From positions 150,001 to 182,000 of the forward strand of contig JBHLRO010000003.1 of the NCBI GenBank assembly GCA_048882505.1: a DNA stretch of 32,000 bases, in the 5' to 3' direction. Positions 8,221 to 17,153 of the stretch are shown here, one piece after another (the stretch's first letter is position 1; every line of letters starts with the position of its first letter). The notes below the pieces were generated by a model. It saw nothing but the letters and a program-made list of their open reading frames with translations. It ran no database searches and was not told the DNA's origin. Origin of the DNA: Candidatus Thorarchaeota archaeon. GTDB taxonomy: Archaea; Asgardarchaeota; Heimdallarchaeia; Hodarchaeales; Hodarchaeaceae. The position numbers and the translations under genes are program-made.

Positions 8221-10839
8221 CTAAGACTTTCGTTTCGAGTGATACGATTCTAAAACGGTAATGACGGCGATTGTGAAAAGAGCTGCCATGATTACAGAGT
8301 TGGTCTCTTGGTATTCCTCCAATTTTATAAATTTATGTTTGGGCTGCTGAATAAAAAACAGCCCCGATACCGAAAAGTTCGTCGCACCATCAGTACAAAT
8401 GGCATTAACCTTTACCAGATATCCGTCTCTCCACATTGAGGTTGTGTTCCATTTATATTCTGTCCCAAGAAGATTGTTTTCGATAAGTTTCCAGCGTCTC
8501 CCGAAATTTGATGAGTAATACACCTCATAATGGATCTGATGATCCCATAAAAACCAAGGATCAGATACCTTGGTCCACCTAATATTGACCACTCCTTCAT
8601 AAACCTGTCCAACCCCAGGACTTCTTATCGCAGGGATCGAAAGATAATGGGGAGAATTTCTTAGTGATACCGGGCCAAAGGCGAGGCCCTCAGATAAAAT
8701 ACCCTTTGAACATCGTGCTCTTACTCTTATCAAATAACTTATTCCGTCAGGTATTGAGGAAGTGTTCCATTTGTATGAAGTGCCGGTTATTCCAGCTACA
8801 AGCTGGATCCAACTTACGCCTTGGTCTCTGGAGTACTGTACTACGTAATCGACAGTATGGCCCTGAATGTCAGCGGAAGCTGTCCAAGATAGAAAAACAA
8901 TCCCGTTCATAATTTCACTTTCGGAGGGAGATAAAATGTTTGGGACTGAAAGGAAGTGAATTTGGTTTTGGACTGTAAATAAATCGCTCTGAACAGTAGC
9001 TGAGTATCCATCTGAACATAAAGCATCAATTTTAACTAGGTAATTCGACCCATCGGAACTTCCTCTCGTATCCCAAATCATAGAAGGTGTTGTTAGATTG
9101 GTCCTGATGAGTTGCCAACTATTACCGCCATTAGATGATATTGAAACATTGAAGTATGCTTTATGACCCCATGAATCTGTAACAGGAGTCCAATTCACGA
9201 TTTGTGTATCATTAAGTATTTCACCTCCAGTTGGGAAGGTTAGCTTGAGTTCTGAAAGGAAATGTGGAATTTTAGTTTTGTCTCCGAATTTTTGAAGTAT
9301 TCCATTTCCAATCTTATCTTGTTCTACAATCGTCCCATTACGAAATTGCTTGCTGGTTTTTGTATTACCAAAACCATCTATAGCCGTAACAACAGTAAAT
9401 TTAACATCGTTTTGATTGATTTGGGGAACCCCATAGTTTATGATATTGGGATTCCAGACCACTCTCCCATAGGACGAATTTTGCCAAAAAGTGGGATTTT
9501 TTATATTGGTATAATTCCAAACTGTTCCATTGTCTAAATAAACGCTTGCATAAACCCTAAATATGTTTGTCAGCTCATCATTAACCTCAAATCTCATGAA
9601 AGTAAAATTCAATAGTTCAGAAGGTTCCAAGTTCCATGATTGATTGAAAGTACGTGTCTTTAAATCAAAGTTGGATATGGTCGGGGATTTATTATCAAGT
9701 TCGGGAAGAGTATCCCAAACAGTAATGTTTTGGGCGGTTTGCTTGGGCACCATATCAAGAAGCAAATCAAAACGATCCCCATGATCTCGTAAGGAAAAAA
9801 GTGACGAATATTTTCCATCAATCCGAGGAAAAGGGGTTAACCATCCTTTTGGAATATCAATATGGATCGTCAAGGGAGCCTTGTATATGTTCTCATCTAG
9901 TGTTGGTGCCGAAACATTAAAAGTAATCCTATTTGTGTAGTAAATTGGATCACTTATTACTATCTGGCTCCGCTCCAATGTATAAGCGACTAATTCCCCC
10001 CATGAGGTATACCAAACATTTTCCCAGCCAGAAATTTGAGATATGATATTTTCATATCCGATCCAGTCTGTTACCCCGTAACTTTTCCCCGCAGAATTTG
10101 TGTGTCCGTAACCTTTGAATACATTGTAACCTGGTTTCCGATAGATTTGATTCATAATCGAACTAATTGATCCTAGGTTTCCATTGTCAATGCCATCCGT
10201 TGAAGTCGATGTCCCTGCTAAATGCCATGTTGACGGGGGCCACGATGTTCCTTCGTAGCTGATAGTGCGTCCTAGGTCAAAGTAGGCCTCAACATAACTG
10301 TAACCCCCTGTATCACCGTACGGATACGCAAAAACAATAGGGGTGAATCCAAAAAGATCTTCAATTCCAGTTTTTCCCCATTTGACCAATCTCTCTTGTT
10401 CTGAGTTATTATAATAAGACAAGTGGACGTGTTCCCCACCGTGTGATTGGATATCATGACCCTGGAACAGTTCATCCAGTAGGAAAGCATAACGCCACGA
10501 AGATCTATTCGGATATGACCTAAATGATGGAGCAAATATCGTATGCTTGATCCCATATTTCTCGTCAATGGGTGCTAGGTACGTGTCCCATATCCGTACG
10601 TCGTCCCAAGAAAGGGTGAACGTTGTATTTGCGTTCTGGTAGAAAGGGGTTACGTACGGAGCTTCCCAAGAGGTGGTGGTTTTTCTGCCCTCCTCTAAAT
10701 GATTGTCTCCAACAAAAGTTTCGATATTCTCAGAATTGATATTCAGGACTGGAAAGGATACTATGAGGGTGATGCTTATGATCAAGAAATACTGTATCAT
10801 GCTCTTATGGGTACTCCCTAATCTCAGGATCTCTTTCAC
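8221..10839 (-). CDS. Membrane-anchored polysaccharide deacetylase (NodB/CE4-like) with three C-terminal FN3/Ig-like repeats
   Basis: N-terminal hydrophobic segment; LSWDD, QSHGGEH and FAYPYG motifs; three ~95-aa repeats; C-terminal TM helix and basic tail. Confidence 0.85.
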   Translation of the reverse strand: MKEILRLGSTHKSMIQYFLIISITLIVSFPVLNINSENIETFVGDNHLEEGRKTTTSWEAPYVTPFYQNANTTFTLSWDDVRIWDTYLAPIDEKYGIKHTIFAPSFRSYPNRSSWRYAFLLDELFQGHDIQSHGGEHVHLSYYNNSEQERLVKWGKTGIEDLFGFTPIVFAYPYGDTGGYSYVEAYFDLGRTISYEGTSWPPSTWHLAGTSTSTDGIDNGNLGSISSIMNQIYRKPGYNVFKGYGHTNSAGKSYGVTDWIGYENIISQISGWENVWYTSWGELVAYTLERSQIVISDPIYYTNRITFNVSAPTLDENIYKAPLTIHIDIPKGWLTPFPRIDGKYSSLFSLRDHGDRFDLLLDMVPKQTAQNITVWDTLPELDNKSPTISNFDLKTRTFNQSWNLEPSELLNFTFMRFEVNDELTNIFRVYASVYLDNGTVWNYTNIKNPTFWQNSSYGRVVWNPNIINYGVPQINQNDVKFTVVTAIDGFGNTKTSKQFRNGTIVEQDKIGNGILQKFGDKTKIPHFLSELKLTFPTGGEILNDTQIVNWTPVTDSWGHKAYFNVSISSNGGNSWQLIRTNLTTPSMIWDTRGSSDGSNYLVKIDALCSDGYSATVQSDLFTVQNQIHFLSVPNILSPSESEIMNGIVFLSWTASADIQGHTVDYVVQYSRDQGVSWIQLVAGITGTSYKWNTSSIPDGISYLIRVRARCSKGILSEGLAFGPVSLRNSPHYLSIPAIRSPGVGQVYEGVVNIRWTKVSDPWFLWDHQIHYEVYYSSNFGRRWKLIENNLLGTEYKWNTTSMWRDGYLVKVNAICTDGATNFSVSGLFFIQQPKHKFIKLEEYQETNSVIMAALFTIAVITVLESYHSKRKS
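8350..9250 (-). repeat. Three intragenic tandem ~95-aa beta-rich repeats (approximate bounds)
   Basis: Shared pattern P..GE......I.W....D..GH...Y.V..S.N.G..W.LI...L.GT.Y.W.T.....G..YLV.V.A.CSDG occurs three times. Confidence 0.75.
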
Positions 10840-11347
10840 GCCCCTTAAAAAAGACAGGTCTATTTAAAAGGATGAGGAAGATGTTTTCATCAATTAGATG
10901 CAATCCTCGCTGCATTCAGAACATAGTTTATAATCTAACTGGTTGCCAAACTGAACATTTTGCAGTTCTGATGATCTGAATCGGACGAAAAGCAGCTTTA
11001 GAATTCATCAAAACAATTCAAAGGAACCAACCTGCAACGAATAACTGAACTGATACTCCTTACATCTCCAAAAACCACCTACTGACCCATCTATCTCAGG
11101 ATGGCCATAATCTCTTTTATAAAACATGAGTTTTAGCTTTAACTCGAATTACCATTAGGTAATGGACTCAAATGATCAATAGATTGGAGAGAAGGATTTA
11201 TGCTTGTGAGTAGCGAGTCCAGAAGTTCTAACACTCAATACATCTTTCGTTCAATAAGAAACAATCTAGAACCTCTCGATGGATCGTACAGCCTCGAATA
11301 AGCTGATTATACCTTCGATTATCGTAAGAGAACGTTCATGGGACGAT

Positions 11348-11363
11348 GTTCGTACGCCCGAAC
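11348..11363. promoter_or_regulatory. Candidate operator: inverted repeat GTTCG-N6-CGAAC
   Basis: GTTCGTACGCCCGAAC lies 12 bp upstream of the likely start of the DtxR-family gene. DtxR-family proteins are often autoregulatory. Confidence 0.4.
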
Positions 11364-11375
11364 TGTGACAGAATC

Positions 11376-11795
11376 ATGGTTACTTGGACTCAAGAAGACT
11401 ACCTACGAGCAATATATCGATTAACAGAGGAATCAGACCGGGAAATCAAGATCAAAGATTTGGTCAATTATTTGAATTTGGCCAAATCTACAGTGTCTGA
11501 GAGAGTGGCCGACCTTGTGAAGCGTAATCTAGTCCAAAAGTCACATTATTCACCCTTAGCCCTGACACAGAAAGGTCTAGAGATCGGCGCCAAACTGACG
11601 TTGAAACATCGAATCATTGAGGTATTTCTACATGAATTCTTGGGCCTCGACTTAGATTCGGTTCATGAAGAAGCTCATCGGCTTGAACATGCGTTCTCAG
11701 ATAAGGTTATCGAGCAATTAAGGACAAAATTGGACGATCCTCTTCATTGTCCACACGGACGCCCTTTTCCGAAAATTGAGTTGGTTACGGCTTGA
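11376..11795 (+). CDS. mntR: DtxR/MntR/TroR-family metal-dependent repressor, two-domain form (no FeoA/SH3 domain)
   Basis: TQEDYLRAIY, LAKSTVSERVADL HTH, LTQKG wing, KHRIIEVFL, EEAHRLEHA, DPLHCPHGRP. ATG 11376 (MVTWTQEDY) preferred over 11346. Confidence 0.9.
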   Translation: MVTWTQEDYLRAIYRLTEESDREIKIKDLVNYLNLAKSTVSERVADLVKRNLVQKSHYSPLALTQKGLEIGAKLTLKHRIIEVFLHEFLGLDLDSVHEEAHRLEHAFSDKVIEQLRTKLDDPLHCPHGRPFPKIELVTA

Positions 11796-11840
11796 TAGTT
11801 ACCCTGTCATCAATAATCCAGTGATCTGATGTGAGCTAAT

Positions 11841-12902
11841 GTGCAGTTAAGATCCGAAAATACAAAATCTTTAAATTTCGTAATTCTAGGAGTCCTTTTC
11901 TTCGGATTCGTAATGTTCGAACTTTTCACTCCCCAACTCTTCCTGCCAAATCAACAATCGGTCAATACTACATTTAAGGGCCATTTACACTCGCATACTG
12001 ATCCTGATGTCTTCGTAACACCATCGATTTTGCCTGAGAATCGAAAATTTTCACTTATAGTCGAAGAAATGGACTGGGAAGTGGCACCTGGCCAATTTAT
12101 ATCTGTTTGGACCTTCAATGGAACGATTCCTGGCCCTACCTTAGGAGTTTATGCTGGGGACACTGTGGAAGTGACCATAATCAATCATTTAAGGGAACCA
12201 ATAAGTTTGGACTTTCTTGATTCTCGATCTCAAACCAGATTGAATAACTCAGTTAGCCAGGCTGTTGTATCTTTAAATTCATATAAAGTGATTTCATTTG
12301 GAATCCCACTAAATAGCTCTGGAACATGGATATATCGGGATACAATCGCGTACAAAGGGTTAACTGAAGAAAAAATAGACTTGGGTATTTCAAGTACAGA
12401 AAGCGTTGAAAGAGGCTTGTATGGGGCGTTTATTGTCTATGATCGAGGTGTTTCATTTCCCGATCACGATGTTGTTATTTTCCTTGATTCTTTCAAACCC
12501 CCTGTAACCGCGAACAATGATTACTTTGCTGTTCAAAACGGAGGTAGTTATCCATTTGGCCCCCATTACGTCTTTCAGCAAGGTGAATTAATACGATACC
12601 GGGCTATTAACATCGATATCGGAACGGGAGGCGATCCTCACACAACTCACGTTCATGGCCATACATGGGGAGATGAAGAAAATCGGACGGTAGATAACGA
12701 GCTTCTTTTACCGGGAGAGTCCATTGATGTACTGATACGAGCACGAAAACCTGGAATATGGATGTACCATTGTCATATCTATGATCACATAGCGGCTGGA
12801 ATGACGGGGATGCTTTCAATTGTCCCGGAGTTTTGGACAGGGGATCCCCTTGACTATGTTGCCCTTCTGATGGAGGATACCGCTTTATGTGGACTCCCGT
12901 AG
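11841..12902 (+). CDS. Membrane-anchored two-domain cupredoxin/multicopper oxidase paralog A (domain-2 ligands intact, domain-1 His ligands lost)
   Basis: N-terminal TM; WTFNGTIPGPTL...GDTV; domain 2 has HTTHVHGH and WMYHCHIYDHIAAGM; domain 1 has SLDFLD and GTWIYRDT. Confidence 0.88.
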   Translation: MQLRSENTKSLNFVILGVLFFGFVMFELFTPQLFLPNQQSVNTTFKGHLHSHTDPDVFVTPSILPENRKFSLIVEEMDWEVAPGQFISVWTFNGTIPGPTLGVYAGDTVEVTIINHLREPISLDFLDSRSQTRLNNSVSQAVVSLNSYKVISFGIPLNSSGTWIYRDTIAYKGLTEEKIDLGISSTESVERGLYGAFIVYDRGVSFPDHDVVIFLDSFKPPVTANNDYFAVQNGGSYPFGPHYVFQQGELIRYRAINIDIGTGGDPHTTHVHGHTWGDEENRTVDNELLLPGESIDVLIRARKPGIWMYHCHIYDHIAAGMTGMLSIVPEFWTGDPLDYVALLMEDTALCGLP

Positions 12903-12938
12903 AGCTAGATCGCCTGTAATGTAAGAGAGGTACCATTA

Positions 12939-13946
12939 GTGTCAAAAAACAGGATAAAAAATCTTATTGTGGGTAATAAACCTGATTTAAGAATTCTTGG
13001 TTTCATTGTTGCTGGAATATTTCTCCTAGGCTTTATATTGCTTACTCCGCAAGTAATATTCCCTTCAACCAGGGGAATAGCGGAACAGAAAGCGGGTCAT
13101 CTAGCTTCCCATGATGAGCCACAATCTGATTGTGGGGACATATCTGACAATCCAGTCAAGGAAATGAAACTTACTGCGGAAACAGTGGTCTGGGAAGTGG
13201 CACCAGGCCGATCTTTTGTCGGATGGGCATTCAATGGCACAATCCCAGGGCCTCATATTTGTTTAAATGAGGGTGACACGTTAATATTGACACTAGAAAA
13301 CCGATTAAACACTATAATAAGTTTTCACGCTCATGGACTCCTTCATGATTTTAAAAGCGATGGAACTTTCATAAGCAACTCCTTTGCGGTTCCAGGGGGT
13401 ACCTACACCTATGTCCTTTACGCAACGAACGCAACCATAGGTACATGGGCCTATCATGATGCGGTCGCTGAATTAGATGAAGAAATTATTGTTGAAAACG
13501 TTACGATCCCAGAATCGGGTGAGGGTATTGAGAGGGGTTTGTTCGGGGCTTTGATTGTTTATCCTAAAGACGATCCAGTTCAAGCGGACCATGAAATTAT
13601 CTTGGTTGAATCGGAATTTGAAGCGGAAGTTACCCAGGGACCCACCTATATGACTTTTAATGGTAGAATATCCCCATATACTCCGCATTATTTTTTTAAG
13701 CTAGGAGAGACCATTAGATTTCGAGTTATTAATGTGGGCCCTAATGCAAATCACGATATATTTGTTCCAGGTCTTGAATGGAGAGATGCAAAGACTGGTG
13801 AACTGGTCGACAGTGTTTTATTCGGCGCTTTGGAATTTGGCGACTTTTTAATTGAAGCCAATAAAGTAACAGAAACAACGTATATCTGTGGTATCCCTGA
13901 CCACGATGTTTGGGGTATGATCGGCATGTTCACCGTCATTGAATAA
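12939..13946 (+). CDS. Membrane-anchored two-domain cupredoxin/multicopper oxidase paralog B (domain-1 His ligands largely intact, domain 2 keeps only the T1 site)
   Basis: N-terminal TM; WAFNGTIPGPHI...GDTL; domain 1 has SFHAHG and GTWAYHDA; domain 2 has NHDIFVP and YICGIPDHDVWGM. Confidence 0.85.
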   Translation: MSKNRIKNLIVGNKPDLRILGFIVAGIFLLGFILLTPQVIFPSTRGIAEQKAGHLASHDEPQSDCGDISDNPVKEMKLTAETVVWEVAPGRSFVGWAFNGTIPGPHICLNEGDTLILTLENRLNTIISFHAHGLLHDFKSDGTFISNSFAVPGGTYTYVLYATNATIGTWAYHDAVAELDEEIIVENVTIPESGEGIERGLFGALIVYPKDDPVQADHEIILVESEFEAEVTQGPTYMTFNGRISPYTPHYFFKLGETIRFRVINVGPNANHDIFVPGLEWRDAKTGELVDSVLFGALEFGDFLIEANKVTETTYICGIPDHDVWGMIGMFTVIE

Positions 13947-13980
13947 TTTAAATCTCACAGAAAATCGGAAATGTAGAATC

Positions 13981-14913
13981 ATGGCAGATATAAGTCAGCT
14001 GACAATCATAGGAATCCTGTTAGGTTTGTACGTGGGCCTGGTCCCAGTATATCTAGGTTTTTACTTTTTACCTATACTGAAACGTCTTTCACACGATTGG
14101 TTGAATGTAATTGTGAGTATTTCTCTTGGAGTTTTGGTTTTTCTATTTGTAGACGTTGTGGCTGAGTCTATAGAAATGGCAGAAAAACTTCCCGCAGGAA
14201 TGCAGATTCCTGCGGACGGACAAGCCACTGTACCACCATTAGATCGAATGTTGTTTGATTTAATTTCGAGAAATCAAGATATCGTGTTTTTTCTTGGACC
14301 AATTATACTCATTTTAGGTTTCACGGCTGGCTTGGGCATTTTAATATTCATTGAGACACTGGTTAAATCAGCGGAATCAGCAAAGAAAACGACACAAGAA
14401 GCAAAGGAAACGTCCAAATCCAAGAATCCTGGCAACAAACTATCATTAATTGGTATAGAAGAGCTATCCCCACCGTTTATATTGGCAGCCATAATTTCCT
14501 TCGGTATTGGCCTTCATAATTTGGGAGAGGGTCTAGCAGTGGGCGTAGCATATGGAACTGGCAATATTACCTTGGCTACCGTACTAATTTTTGGTTTTGC
14601 GATCCATAATGTGACTGAAGGACTTGCCATCACTGCCCCAGTATCAAAATCTACTGTTAATTATCGAACGCTATTTATTTTTGGACTGCTGGCTGGAGGA
14701 CCGACGATTGTTGGAAGTCTACTGGGTATTTTTGTCTTTTCCAATGGTGTTGCATTATTTTTCTTTGCCCTAGCTGCTGGTTCGCTTTTGAAGGTTGTTA
14801 TCGATATTACTTCTCATATTGGAAACGATTTTAAGAAAAACAAATGGAACTTCTTTGGACTGGCATTAGGGTTTTTTATCATGTATCTAACCTCACTTTT
14901 GGTTATACTTTGA
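13981..14913 (+). CDS. ZIP-family (ZupT/GufA-like) divalent metal transporter
   Basis: Multiple TM helices with IGLHNLGEGLAVG and FAIHNVTEGLAI signatures. ATG 13981 preferred over TTG 13939. Confidence 0.92.
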   Translation: MADISQLTIIGILLGLYVGLVPVYLGFYFLPILKRLSHDWLNVIVSISLGVLVFLFVDVVAESIEMAEKLPAGMQIPADGQATVPPLDRMLFDLISRNQDIVFFLGPIILILGFTAGLGILIFIETLVKSAESAKKTTQEAKETSKSKNPGNKLSLIGIEELSPPFILAAIISFGIGLHNLGEGLAVGVAYGTGNITLATVLIFGFAIHNVTEGLAITAPVSKSTVNYRTLFIFGLLAGGPTIVGSLLGIFVFSNGVALFFFALAAGSLLKVVIDITSHIGNDFKKNKWNFFGLALGFFIMYLTSLLVIL

Positions 14914-15208
14914 AGTTTAATTGTCTTTTTGAATTCTGAGGACTGAATAATGGGGTAATTTCAATTGAAAACCTTATGAAATCAAAGTATAGGCATTAGA
15001 AAACAATCCAAAGAACCACAAGTCTGGCTTTAATCCAGAGAAAATAGTTTCTTGTGCTTGAAGGAGTTTCTTCCACTTATGCTTGGATCACTTGACTATC
15101 ATCTATGTTACATTAATCCTTACAAACTTCAATTTGGGTCCTGACCATGTCGAGCAAGGACTGGATATTGGAAGGCTTGAAACAAAAAATAAACAGTGAG
15201 GTGTTTTA

Positions 15209-16126
15209 TTGAAATTAAATTTTGGGATTAAGCCCCTGGAATTTGACTTATTAAGGCTGTTAACAAACCCCGAGAAAAGGGAATCTCTCGAATCCCTAGT
15301 CACACTCTTTGAAAGGGCACTAGAGTTTGGATTTCGGCATTTTGAGATAGCATGGGACTATTATTATGCATTACCGAAATTAGTTACTGAAGCAAGAATA
15401 GCTGAACTGGTTGAATTTAAGGAAGACAATAACGTAACATTTACATTGCATGCACCGATCTGGGGGGGAATAGAGCTTGCGTCTCATGTAGAAAAGGTCA
15501 GAAGGGCATCTGTCGATATTTTGATTGACTCTCTTGAAGCTTCTAAGGAATTAAAGCCAGAAAGAATGGTGATTCATCTAAGTGGCGAGTTTGCCAACAA
15601 CCTTTCATCCCTCAATCCGTTAAAAGAAAATCCCGTGTTTGAGTTGATTATCCCTTCTATGGAGAAAAGTCTCACTGAAATCATATCCAAATCTGGAAAA
15701 AGTCCGGAATTCTTTTCTATTGAAAATATAGAATTCCCATTGGATATATTTCTTAATATCGTGAGAGATAAGAAAGCAAAACTCTGCTTAGACACTGGTC
15801 ATTTCTTAGCAGGCACAAAACAAGCAAGTGCAGAGGATTTAAATTTGATGAACTTTCTCAGGTCCTACCTTGAAGAAATAGATGTGATCCATGCTCACGA
15901 TGGAGGGATATTTTGGCACAAGTCCGGCAATTTTCTTCCCGATGATCATCGTGCACTCGGGAATGGAATTATTCCTTGGAAGGATATGGTTTCCCACTTA
16001 ATTGATCAAAAGTTCTCTAAACCAATTATATTTCAACTGACTCTGCCTGATGCCAAGCAATCACTTGAGCTCATTTCAAAGGAATTTCCTGATGCAGTTG
16101 GAGAGGAGTTCGGAAATATAACCTAA
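15209..16126 (+). CDS. Sugar-phosphate isomerase/epimerase / endonuclease IV-like TIM-barrel metalloprotein
   Basis: FTLHAP, MVIHL, SIENIEFP, LCLDTGH, IHAHD and DDHRALGNG motifs. Confidence 0.82.
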   Translation: MKLNFGIKPLEFDLLRLLTNPEKRESLESLVTLFERALEFGFRHFEIAWDYYYALPKLVTEARIAELVEFKEDNNVTFTLHAPIWGGIELASHVEKVRRASVDILIDSLEASKELKPERMVIHLSGEFANNLSSLNPLKENPVFELIIPSMEKSLTEIISKSGKSPEFFSIENIEFPLDIFLNIVRDKKAKLCLDTGHFLAGTKQASAEDLNLMNFLRSYLEEIDVIHAHDGGIFWHKSGNFLPDDHRALGNGIIPWKDMVSHLIDQKFSKPIIFQLTLPDAKQSLELISKEFPDAVGEEFGNIT

Positions 16127-16130
16127 CATC

Positions 16131-16149
16131 GTTCGATTGGTAATCGCAC
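16131..16149. promoter_or_regulatory. Candidate operator: 19-bp near-palindrome GTTCGATT-GGT-AATCGCAC
   Basis: 7 of 8 arm positions pair; lies 26 bp upstream of the troA-like ATG and shares the GTTCG half-site with the repeat upstream of the repressor. Confidence 0.35.
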
Positions 16150-16175
16150 AACAGAATCCGTTTTAGTGAGAAAGC

Positions 16176-17126
16176 ATGCTGAGTCTGAAAAGAATACCAA
16201 GCTGGCTTTTATTCATCTTCCTCTCAATTGTAATCCTTGCGGCATCTATATTCTATGTCGAAATCTACTCCAATCCTCGAGAAATATCATCCGTAGAAAC
16301 GATTGAGGTCGCTGCTACTACTGGTATGGTTGCAGACATTACTCAGATAATTGGAGGTAATATTCTAAGAGTAACCGGACTTATGGGTTCTGGAGTCGAT
16401 CCACATCTCTATAAGGCTACTGCGGGAGACTTAGATATCCTTGCAAATGCTGAGATTATTTTTTTCAGTGGTTTACACCTTGAAGCAGGCCTTGGTAAAA
16501 TCTTAGAAGTTGTTGCAAATGGCAAAGCAGTCACAGATGATATTCCACGGAACGAACTTCTTGGAGACGTTCAATTCGCAAATCAATTCGATCCTCACGT
16601 CTGGTTTGATGTAGAGTTCTGGATGAAAGCAGTCAAAACAGTTAATTTTACACTTGGCCTATATTTTCCCAGCTATAGAACGATATTCGATGCCAATACT
16701 ATTAACTATTTACAGGAGCTAGAGACTTTACACGAATACGTTATAAACCGATCACAAGAACTTCCTAAAGCCCAAAGAGTACTTGTAACGGCTCATGATG
16801 CCTTTCGATATTTTGGGAAGAAATACGGTTTTGAAGTTGTAGGGTTACAAGGAATAAGTACTGTTACCGAGGCGGGAACTGCAGATGTATCTGAGCTAGC
16901 TGATTTCATCCTGGAACGCCAGATACGGGCCGTATTCGTCGAATCCTCTGTCCCTCAAAGAACAATTGAAGCAGTAATTGAAGCATGTGCCGATCGAGGA
17001 TGGGTGGTTAACATTGGGGGTAGCTTGTTCTCCGACGCAATGGGGGATTCAGGCACCTTCGAAGGTACATATATTGGAATGGTAACCCATAATATCGACA
17101 CTATTGTTGACGCACTCTCTGATTAG
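16176..17126 (+). CDS. troA: Mn/Fe/Zn ABC transporter substrate-binding protein (TroA/MntA type)
   Basis: GVDPHLY, DPHVWFD, TAHDAFRYFG and LFSDAMG give the His3-Asp ligand set. N-terminal TM anchor without a lipobox Cys. Confidence 0.9.
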   Translation: MLSLKRIPSWLLFIFLSIVILAASIFYVEIYSNPREISSVETIEVAATTGMVADITQIIGGNILRVTGLMGSGVDPHLYKATAGDLDILANAEIIFFSGLHLEAGLGKILEVVANGKAVTDDIPRNELLGDVQFANQFDPHVWFDVEFWMKAVKTVNFTLGLYFPSYRTIFDANTINYLQELETLHEYVINRSQELPKAQRVLVTAHDAFRYFGKKYGFEVVGLQGISTVTEAGTADVSELADFILERQIRAVFVESSVPQRTIEAVIEACADRGWVVNIGGSLFSDAMGDSGTFEGTYIGMVTHNIDTIVDALSD

Positions 17127-17153
17127 TTAAATAACTTGGCAAAAAATCCATAG

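Noticed and set aside
8350-9250. CRISPR array or DNA-level tandem repeat
   Set aside because: Repeats are protein-level, diverged and in frame; no identical repeats with unique spacers were seen anywhere in the window.
10840-11345. 500-bp intergenic region as ncRNA, riboswitch or small gene
   Set aside because: No convincing ORF, tRNA-like fold or long hairpin seen; only short imperfect palindromes (e.g. CCATTA-GG-TAATGG).
11841-13946. Calling the cupredoxin pair copper nitrite reductase (nirK)
   Set aside because: NirK has its T1 site in domain 1 (YHC...H...M); here T1 ligands are in domain 2 of both proteins.
14914-15208. Possible amidohydrolase remnant (YINPYKLQFGS*P) in the ZIP-TIM barrel gap
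   Set aside because: Similarity is limited to a few residues and cannot be distinguished from chance by eye.
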